A DNA stretch of 63,750 nt, counting the filler, from Intoshia linei (lineage: Eukaryota; Animalia; Orthonectida): assembly GCA_001642005.1 (NCBI GenBank). It is 8 parts of 8 records of this genome, joined end to end, with 100 filler letters (N's around TTAATTAATTAA, not from the genome) between each part and the next. Parts side by side here need not be neighbours in the genome. Positions count along the whole stretch, not along the records: positions 30,821 to 55,524 come from LWCA01000525.1; positions 55,625 to 59,426 come from LWCA01002038.1; positions 59,527 to 60,547 come from LWCA01002846.1; positions 60,648 to 62,095 come from LWCA01002610.1; positions 62,196 to 63,750 come from LWCA01002571.1; 3 more parts are not named here. One strand, given 5' to 3'. Numbering within the stretch: position 1 is the first letter of the stretch; every line of letters starts with the position of its first letter. The notes under the pieces are model-generated. The model saw only the letters and a program-made list of their open reading frames with translations. It ran no database searches and was not told where the DNA came from. Below, piece after piece: positions 54,058 to 63,750 of the stretch. Position numbers and translations under genes: made by a program.

Positions 54058-55944
54058 GTATTTTATAAATCAGAGTATAGTGTTTTTTACTATGCAAGAT
54101 CTTATATTATACTATCCAACTTTTTCCGACATCCCTGGGAATTTTTGTGTATAATGAAAGACATAAATATCAGTAGAGTAGACAGAAACGAGTTGTTTTT
54201 AAATAATAAAACGAGTAGTTAAATATAAAAAATGTATCCCGTTAATTTGAATTGTAAATCTATATATAGTACTTTAACTTCATAAAACCTTTCGTGCTAA
54301 AACTGATAATTATTTGTTTTTATTGGATCAAATATTGCAATGCGAACCTGTATAAGATGCGCTATGCATGATTAGATATAGATATCTGAATATAATGAAG
54401 TTCAGTTATTTAGAATAAGTGTCTGTCTTTGTATTTAAAGTGCTAGCAGGATGCCGTTACTAGTAACTTACTTAATATGGAGTAGCTAAATTAGATATCG
54501 TAAGATATTCCATATCACACGATTTTAATTATATCATTGTGATTTACAGCAGACATTATCAACCCATTTTTTCGCTATTTGCTTTTTACTAATAGTTTTT
54601 CAATAATGATGTAGCATTGCAAATTTTATTTTCCGAAATTAAGTTCTTCAGGGTCAAAGGTTATCTTTTTTAAAAATAAAATCAGCCCTAAAATTTAAAA
54701 AAGCATATATCCTGGAACGCGTTTGAAATTCGTTACCATCGGCGTAAACCTCAGCTTCAGAAACTTAAATCTTCATATTCAAAACCCTAAATTAACCTTT
54801 TTTTAAAAATGAAAAGTCTTAAAATTTTATAAAACATACATTCTGTGAGTTTTTAAAATCAAGAATTATTATAAATAGTAATCGCAAAAAATTGCATTTT
54901 TTGACAATCGGTCTATAGTGAAACAAGTTTGGGAACCATTCATTCGAAGAAATGCATGATAGAAAAAACTATATATTACAGGTACTTAAAATTTGGTTTT
55001 TTGCGGGATTCAAGTTTTTTAAGTTTGTAACTATAATTTGATTTTTTTTAAAATCATACACTCTCACATTATTTTGAGTTCAACAGACCAAATCGATGTG
55101 ACCGTAAGAGGATAACCTTATGCATTAAAATTTGGCTATCTGTCACACAGCACGATAAGTTGAGTCTTTTTAAATATATTCAACTAAAAGTATTACCCTG
55201 GCCCAATAATTATACATATATGGATCAAATTGAAAATAGCAAAGGATGAAAGTACATGAAATTAATATTGCTATAAAAAAAGATTTATTAATTGTCGTAT
55301 ACCAATGACGGAACATCCCCAAAAACGGTACGATAATTTAAAGTTCAGTTCAAATAGATTTAGTTTATATTATCGACCAAGCATGGTTACAACCTTTCGA
55401 GTTGCCATATTCAAATGAAAAATTATTCGTATCACTACGAATGCATATGTAGTACAGTCAGAATTAGATAATGACATTGTAACTAGAGTTGTTTCTAATC
55501 AAATTAAAAAAATTAATTCAATTGNNNNNNNNNNNNNNNNNNNNNNNNNNNNNNNNNNNNNNNNNNNNTTAATTAATTAANNNNNNNNNNNNNNNNNNNN
55601 NNNNNNNNNNNNNNNNNNNNNNNNATCCACTTCAAATTTCAATATTTGTAAAACTTAAATTCCTGACTTGTAAACATAAGAATACGTTGATAAATAAAAC
55701 CATCCATGTTAATAAGTGAAAAAAAATCACTAAAGCATAGTTTGCCTACCGACATATCAAAATCACACGTGAAGAGTGGTTTAAATAATACAAAAATTAT
55801 CAATGTCAATTAATGTAATCCTTAATGCGTACATTTTAGAGATAAGTTATAAATATTGCGGATTAAGGAAATACACCAAGGAGAAAAAAAATCAATGCAT
55901 AACAAATGAATTATCCTTTTTAATTCTTTATTATATCACTTAAT

Positions 55945-56632
55945 GTAAACTTTAGAAATGGGGAATAAGGTGCTAAAAATTTAATTGTGTGACAGTAATA
56001 AACAACATGATTGACAATGTAAACCATTTTATAAAATCTCACATTATCCATAATCAATGTACAATTTTTTTCCTTTTTCAATTAATTTGACCATAAAATT
56101 GGTTAAAAAAATATTGAATTTGCTTCTTTTGTAGGAACCCATTGTGGTTTCATAATAATCCATTCCATACTTATTATACACCGCACAAATTGATGTTTTT
56201 TGATCTTAAACTTGCAAGTTGCACAACTGGTGTTCTACCAACTAACGCTCTACCTCTCTTAATTCGCATACTAATATAAAAACCGACCTCATCTATATAA
56301 TATATTGAACTATCGGTTTGTTAAATTAATAGTTGTTCAAAGATTTCGGCGTATACCTTTCGTTTAATTATATTATATGGCATATATAATATAATTTCAT
56401 TCAATTTCTTTTTTCTACCACAATTAGAATATTGTCGAGCGATTATACCCGTTGTAACAAATTGTTTAACAATGAATTCCTCCTGTTCCCAGAATATTAC
56501 CAATTCAATTGGAATTTATGATAAAATTTAAAAATCATATGTACCTATGGAGGTGTTCGACGTTCCTTCTTCATGCATCTCTATTATTATTTTCCTTAAG
56601 TCATTGCTAGCATTTCTTGGCGATGAACTCAT
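55945..56632 (-). pseudogene. IS630/Tc1-superfamily transposase remnant
   Basis: MSSSPRNASNDLRKIIIEMHEEG (HTH-like)...IVKQFVTTG...GRKKKL, then YIDEVGFYISMRIKRGRALVG...RSKNI, IMDNVRFYK and FLAPYSPFL. Deleted and frameshifted. Confidence 0.75.
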
Positions 56633-56803
56633 GAATTTTAAATTAAACAATATTTTCAATTATAATATAATGTAGACATGATTTCGTCTTATCATAAGGT
56701 AATAATGTTCCATAGACAAATTTATGTATAATTAACATAATTTACAATGTATAACTACATCGCAATGTATGGTATTGAATATAAATAAATATAGTATAAC
56801 ATA

Positions 56804-57466
56804 CAGGGTGATTGGTGAGTAACGCCCCATTTCAAATTCCACATAATGCTGCAAAATGTCAGATTTCAAATTTTAAGAAAGTTATACAAAGACAAATACA
56901 AGTGTATAATATAATTGATTAAGAATATATTCAACAATAACAAAGAATAAATTAAAATTTTCAAGAACGAACCTCAGTCTGTTCGACTCAAATGCTCGAA
57001 CTGCCGACCTTCAACTACCAGGCAAGGTCGCAAACAATCAGTCACCGAGCGGCACACCGTTTGACAAATATTGGCGTTGATTGCTGAAATCTGCGTTGTG
57101 ATTGTGTTTTTCAATTCTTCGATGCTTCTTGAGTTCCTCCTGTAGACACGATCCTTCAAAAAAACCCATAAAAAGAAGTCACATGTACTAAGATCTGAGG
57201 ATCTGGGTGACCATTCGAAGCCGCGACGGCCAATCCGCCTTTCGCCAAACTTTTGATTTAACCATTCTCTTGTCATCTTTCTGGTTTTAACCATGTTCCC
57301 ATACTATCACGCTATGAACAGCCAGTAGTTTTTACAAAAATTTTAGTGTAATTTTCTGAAGAAAATCGAAAATACAATTGTATTTAAATTTAATAGGAAA
57401 AACTTTAAGTGTTCAAACCCCAACGTTTTTAAAATCAAAATCGGGCGTTACTTACCACTCACCCTG
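56804..57466 (-). mobile_element. Internally deleted mariner-like element (rosa/DD41D- or maT-like), 663 bp
   Basis: TA|CAGGGTGATTGGTGAGTAACGCCC ... GGGCGTTACTTACCACTCACCCTG|TA. ORF 56974-57294 carries WSPRSSDLSTCDFFLWVFLKDRVY...GRQFEHL. Confidence 0.9.
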
Positions 57467-58239
57467 TATATATAGTGCAAAACCAATTTTGTAAAGCGCA
57501 AAAATGTTTCTGTAAAGAGCAAAAACAAATATAAAAACAATGTATTATATTAAGTGATGTTATCATTACTAAAATTATGGTAAATTGAATGCTATCCTGA
57601 TTTGACAATCGATAAAATTTACTATTGATTTTTAAAGTGTGAATATTATGAATGTATCTGATGTTAGTAATTTAAGTAAGTGTGACGAAAAATACAACCC
57701 AATAAATGATAGTATAAATTTCATTTAATGGTTAATAAGGTGAAGTTTTTACGTAATCTTGTATACTATTAGTTAATTAACTAATAGTATAATTATTATA
57801 AATTAATATATAAGTTGTTAAGCAGTTATTCAATAATAAAGATTTTAATTTTCATAGCTTAGTAGCAGTCGTTGAATGTTAGTAATATTTACCAATAATT
57901 GTGGTATAGTTTCATAATTTTCAATTTCGTATCATGTTTTGAAATCTTTATCTCGTAAGGATTATTTCTATAAATGTAAAATAATAATAATTTACAAAAT
58001 AACCGATTTAGAGTCTTGAGTAAAATATTTTAATGCAAAAATATGAAATATAAATTTTAAAAACCTATCTCAAAAACATGCCTGGAAAATTCTAAAATGG
58101 GTCGTCAAGGAAAAGGCAGAGCTGCAGTGACTAAGGAATTATTATATTGGCACGTTAAAAGTTGTACAAATGTTACCCAATTTACCTAAAATACTCAAAA
58201 GTTTAAGTTTAAATTTTATTTTGGGATCAGTATAATTTA

Positions 58240-58977
58240 TATATCGCAGTGTTAGAGTTATAATGTTCTATCTGCATAAACATAGTTTTTCATAAATCGA
58301 CTTTAAAGTTTAAAAGTACTAGATTGCCTAAAATATAATTTTTTTATTATTAAAATTTAATTATACAATTTAGTTTTTAATATTTGTTAAAGTATATTGA
58401 AAAGTTTCGTACGATAAAAATAAAAACATAAGGGTTTTTCAGAACTTAAATTTCACTAATAGAACAATCTGTCTAACTATTTGATTTGAAAAAATTGCAA
58501 ATAGAACATTATTCTATAAAAACTGTTAACATTTAACATTTTTATCAATTTATATTATAACGATAACGTATTGTACGAAGAAATCTGGAAGATTGTACAA
58601 TTTAAAGAGTTCGAAGAATTTATTATTTAAATTATCACTTATATATTCACTTCTCATAGTGATTATATCACTACATATATGTTTAAATTATAAAATTCTT
58701 TACTAATTGTCCATTTTAATTAACATACTTTTAATATCTTTCTTTTTAGAATCTGTGAGGTTATTTTTAATAAGAATTTGATAATTTTGTAAGGAATTAT
58801 CAAATCAAGATATAGTAATTGAACCAGTAAATGTTCGTTATATCATAAAATAATACGTTTTCAAGCTCAATTTTTTTAATAAATGTGTAAAAGTTATGAT
58901 TTAAAACATTTTTCATCCAAAACCATATTTTTGACAAAAATGCAGATAGAACATTATAACTCTAACCCTGCGATATA
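58240..58977. mobile_element. Element bounded by a ~38-bp inverted repeat (MITE-like)
   Basis: TATATCGCAGTGTTAGAGTTATAATGTTCTATCTGCAT / ATGCAGATAGAACATTATAACTCTAACCCTGCGATATA. Confidence 0.7.
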
Positions 58978-58989
58978 ATGATTTAAAAT

Positions 58990-59151
58990 AACACAATTGG
59001 CTTTTCCTTTGGCATAATTATATGGCAAACAAACATGGAAACAATTGAAATGATGGAGCAAATTATTCCGGGTAATACAAATGGGTACGTTTTAAATAAC
59101 GAAAGGTTGGCTTCTTCCAAATTATAGTATTTAAGGGGATTAGCAGCATAT
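58990..59151 (-). CDS. Exon of an MFS transporter (zinc-induced-facilitator-like type)
   Basis: After an AG acceptor: (G)YAANPLKYYNLEEANLSLFKTYPFVLPGIICSIISIVSMFVCHIIMPKE. This resembles the ZIFL TM5-TM6 pattern 'GYLA.P..Y...LF..FPY.LP...LPE'. Confidence 0.55.
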
Positions 59152-59245
59152 CCTATTTATATAATATATATAATATTATATAACATTTTATGTTACTATT
59201 ACTAACTTATAGAGTAGTAACATTATTAAATATTTATAAATATAA

Positions 59246-59426
59246 TCCTAACTTATATAATATTCTACGCAATTTTTGTTTGTGTGTCTGTCTGTGTGTT
59301 CAACTTTATTTAAATAACTACCCGTCTGAGAATTTTTTAAAGACCACATTTCAATTACAGTTTTTTTCGGGGCGTATATTAAGATAAATTTTAACCTCCC
59401 AATTTCACATCTTACGGGTCAAAAAC
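59246..59426 (+). mobile_element. Helitron 5' end, cut by a gap
   Basis: A|TCCTAACTTATATAA...TGTGTGTCTGTCTG... matches 6909-7080. A similar copy lies at ~63588-63750. Confidence 0.75.
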
Positions 59427-60666
59427 NNNNNNNNNNNNNNNNNNNNNNNNNNNNNNNNNNNNNNNNNNNNTTAATTAATTAANNNNNNNNNNNNNNNNNN
59501 NNNNNNNNNNNNNNNNNNNNNNNNNNTTGTATTTTACCAAGTATATATTTATTATTTATTCCTTTTATTTAGAAATTCCAATTTAAAAATTGATCAATTA
59601 GTTCTATATTGCTGCTGGCAACACGATTCACTTAAAATGGTAAATGTTACATTACCTTGCAAAATTTATTAATTGAGGGATGCAAATTTGAAAATTCAAA
59701 ACTCTGCCCAGTTACAGTAATGGATCCATTGATATCAAATGCACCGCCGCTTGTTATTGAATGGAAAGAAGTTTCTAAAAATTCCAAGGTAGATATATAT
59801 AAATATAGTATACATTAATATATAATTTGTATAATTATTATACAGGTTAAAAGTTAAAACAGTTAAAAGTTACAGGTGTATAAAAGATATATAATTTTGT
59901 AAAAGTTGAAAATTTTCATATTGCAATTATTGTATTTTATCATTATTTTTCAATCCCCCGGTCCATCAAAGGATTCGTGTTTTAAATTATATAACTATAA
60001 TGATATTTTGAAATGCACAATGTGCATTGCACATTCACAAATCATAAAAACTATACAATATTGAATTTAGATGAATCAAACAAAAATTATAAAGAAAAAT
60101 GTATTACTTCCTTTGTATTCAGATTATCCGATATTACCAATATCTGTTAGTTCAAAGAATTATAATACCGACAATAAAAACATTTGGCCCATCTCTAGAA
60201 ATGCTTTGTATCTAAATGTTTACTTGTAATTTATTAAAATTTTCTCAAATCTTAATAAATCGCAAAATAAATTTCAACCTCCCAAACTTACATATTATGG
60301 GTCAAAAAGCCTATTTTCTTTTTATTTGAAAATCAAACAAGTTGGATAATTAAAAAAATATATAACGTATTTTCGGAGTATAAGGCGCACCTTTTTACAT
60401 TAAAATAATAATAATAACCTTTATAATAATAATTACACGAAATCTAGTCTACGCTAATAGCAACATTCAACTATAAAACTAATGTAAACAAATGTATATA
60501 TAAATTGGAGCGTTACCTTGCTTAAAATGTAATAGTTTCCACAAAAANNNNNNNNNNNNNNNNNNNNNNNNNNNNNNNNNNNNNNNNNNNNTTAATTAAT
60601 TAANNNNNNNNNNNNNNNNNNNNNNNNNNNNNNNNNNNNNNNNNNNNAAAGTTGTATTAAATTCAG

Positions 60667-60761
60667 ACAACAAAAAATTTGGAGGGTATGGTAATGCTGA
60701 TGAATCTATTATATATGAAACTGAAGATTATAAATTTGACAATCGTCAGCATTCAATGCTG
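60667..60761 (+). CDS. Isolated exon resembling the C-terminal domain of 1,4-alpha-glucan branching enzyme
   Basis: AG|...(D)NKKFGGYGNADESIIYETEDYKFDNRQHSML|GT resembles GBE1 'D...GG..R.D....F......N.R..SLL|VYIP'. Confidence 0.55.
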
Positions 60762-61703
60762 GTAAATTTTAATTTATTTACATTTTATTTTTTCACAGTT
60801 TCGTCCTTTCAAAGTTCGTTCTCAAACTGAGGTGCATTTGAAAAATTTTATAGAAACATTTTTTATTCAAATGAATCCCCAAACTTTACTATTGTAATGG
60901 TTGTCTTGTGGTAAAGGGTTGAAACGGGATATACGTTTCTGTTACTTTTACATTTTTTTTTGAAAAAAAAAATAAAATATATATCATTTCTGTGAAACAA
61001 TGATTGGTTACTAGTTTCTCCTTATTTATGTGACATTCAAAAAGAATATATTAAACTTTAATTCTTAAAATAAAATGTAAATATCAGCATTTACAAAGAA
61101 TTTGGGTTCATGCTTTCAAAATTATGAAATGTTCACAAGGTTATGTAAGTATAACAGGGCGAACATATTTTTCATGTCGTGGCCCAGTATTTATATCAAT
61201 ATATTTTACAGTCCCCGTTTTTGAAAATTTACACATGATACATGTTAATTTTAACTGAATAGTAACGGTTCTAGTATATTCAACAAAATAAAATTCAAGG
61301 CAATCTGAAAATTCAGTATTAAAATGATTATAATGAGGCAATTGTATTAGAAAATGTTATCGAAAATTTAAACCTGAAACTCCAAATGAACGGTAGCGTG
61401 AATTAAATTTTTTATTTAGCTATACATACCCTCTCTTGTTGCACTGATTTTGAAAAAACTTTGATTATTGAAATTTGTAACATTTTCAATAAAACTACAA
61501 CATTCTTAAATATAGTTAATCCAAATTATAATAATAATTACTATGTATCATTACGATAAATTATAAATTTTGTAATTAACTAAATATTCCAAGTAAATTA
61601 CTCGTATGTAATTTCCAGTATGAGAGCCAAATAGAAATGGGCAATCAGAATTTTTTTATTGTTTTTGAATGTTGTTATTTGGATTTGAGATTATTATATT
61701 TAA

Positions 61704-62095
61704 CCCTAATACTCCTAGTGTGACCATATGGTCACACAACATTACAATTATAAAAACACGTATCAAATTGAAGGAAAGTTAATTAAATATGAAAAATTAA
61801 ATTAATTAGTATATTATATAACATACGAGTATATTAGTTATGGGTTTTCACCGATTAGCCTCCTGTGTCACTGACAGTGGGCCAAAATCATTTTTCAAAG
61901 CAAAAAAAAAATTTTTTATATTTTTTTTGTTAAAGTTGTGATAACTGAAGTTAATGAATACCATATGATAAATTCATGTATTGGCTAGAATTTGATGAAA
62001 TAATTAGGTATATTGACGATGCGGTTTTATATCTACACGTCTTTATTTGCCTTATTCTCCCAATGTGAACATATGGAATGTGAAATAACTCCATA
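61704..62095. mobile_element. Left part of a piggyBac-like non-autonomous element, cut by a gap
   Basis: TTAA|CCCTAATACTCCTAG, with a subterminal palindrome GTGTGACCATATGGTCACAC. The distal part matches window bases 1-67. Confidence 0.6.
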
Positions 62096-63750
62096 NNNNN
62101 NNNNNNNNNNNNNNNNNNNNNNNNNNNNNNNNNNNNNNNTTAATTAATTAANNNNNNNNNNNNNNNNNNNNNNNNNNNNNNNNNNNNNNNNNNNNTGAAG
62201 TGAAATTGCTGTGTATAGTATAGAATACACAGACAGTGAAAGGGTTAAGCTGTCCTTGCCTTGATCTATAGCGTATCTGTAACGTTATACTCTCAATACC
62301 TAATTAATTAATGTATATTACTTAATATTATAATATTCAAATACCAAAATTGCGTATAGAGTTATTTAGAGTGACAAATTGATCTTAAGTTAAAATAATG
62401 TGTAAAATCGTGCATCTTATGCAAATCTAGCTACTGTCTGGAGGCAATATAAAACATGTAGGCTAGTATGGTAATATAAAACTTACATATTTAAATAATA
62501 CATTTCTGTATAATAGTGATCCAGGACAATCGAATAAAAATAATTCCTAAATAGATATGAATATAATTTAAACTGATATATATGTAAGTGTCATGTTCAC
62601 ACCAGAATTGACACTTTACCCAATATTATACGGTATTTAAAGTGTACACTGTGAGCCCTGAGATATTGGGCTTCGGGTCATAAAATTTGAATCTAAAAAT
62701 ATGTGGTAAAACACATTCACTTAAAATTAATTTCATGAAGTAATTACACTGTATTAGTAATTCAATGACTACCGTATTCCCATCGAGCGATGGTGAGCAC
62801 CATAATGTATACCGACCAGTGCTCGCTGAGAAGTTTCTATCGAATTTCATAGTTCGGTAAGTTCGAAAGAATCATAAAAAAATACCAATTTTTTTCATAG
62901 AAAAATTAACTTTTTATGAAAAATCTTGTAGACAAAATACTCTTGTACTAACCATCAAAGTATTAATCCAAACTTAACATTCTCTAAGCTAGAGCCAGAG
63001 ACATCATGCCGGAAGCCACCCGAAAGTGAAAAATAATATTCATATATGATAAGTAATATCATATGGCCCTAGCTACCATCTGTGCACGAGCCTAGAGTTA
63101 AGAGTCTAGACTTATATTTTGAAGTTGACACATACATGTAGTTAGTATCAGTGAAACAGTGAAATTAATAAAAAAATGATCATTTTTTCATGTCCGATCA
63201 ACGGTCCCTTTAATTTATCGCTATGTAACAATAATTGTTCATTAAACAATTTTTCAAATTAAAAAACTTTTTCACATCAATACTATCATGTATCAATGTG
63301 ATTTAAATTTTTATTTTAACTAAAAGTTGTACCTTTTTTGTGCTTTTAGTTGTAATCATGATATTGAAAATATCAGCAGAACAGGTCTAAAAGTTGTATA
63401 TGTAGATTTTTAGAATTTAGTTACATTATCTAAACTTCTTAGGGTCATTTTTTATCAAAATTTAAAAGGTCTTTTTTATAGTTTAAATTATTTTTTCTTA
63501 TAAAGATTCACACTAGTAATGTAAAAAATATTAAAACCTTTAAAAATACAAAATGTATATGAAGATGAATAATTATTACAATTTTTACTTATGTAATATG
63601 CTATGCAATATTTGTTTGTGTGTTACAGTTTATTTCAATAACTACCAGTCTTTAAATTTTATAAAGTCATCATTTCAATTACAGTTTTTTCGAGGATGTT
63701 AGCAAAATAAATTTCAACCTCCCAAACTCACATCTTACTGGTCAAAAACC

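Noticed and set aside
58060-58190. Minus-strand frame with an in-frame TGA (…AALPFP*RPILEF…) as selenocysteine or readthrough
   Set aside because: No recognisable selenoprotein motif or SECIS element, and no evidence that this frame is coding.

Overview
Very AT-rich eukaryotic genomic DNA, not prokaryotic. It looks metazoan: many tiny 28-45 nt spliceosomal introns and strongly diverged proteins. This profile resembles a reduced-genome animal such as the orthonectid Intoshia, but that is inference only. The window is eight contigs joined by artificial 100-nt N/TTAATTAATTAA/N spacers, so adjacency across spacers is uncertain. Intron-containing genes reconstructed by eye: a small 5-exon membrane protein, SUCLG1, a RalGDS/RGL-type RasGEF (minus strand, mostly missed by the ORF track), a partial LCAT/PLA2G15 lipase, a BLM-type RecQ helicase, calpain-7 (minus) and the 5' part of TUBGCP3. 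There are also single exons resembling a ZIFL-like MFS transporter and GBE1. An intronless histone H4 ORF is abnormal: A76R, loss of the terminal GG, and a hydrophobic tail. Long introns and intergenic DNA are filled with non-autonomous DNA transposons: an abundant Helitron family, hAT MITEs with 8-bp TSDs, pogo, mariner, Tc1/IS630 and piggyBac-like elements, and a foldback-like palindrome built from a ~30-bp minisatellite. No CRISPR, rRNA or tRNA was recognised. I found no clearly new multi-gene system; the H4 variant is the most unusual item.
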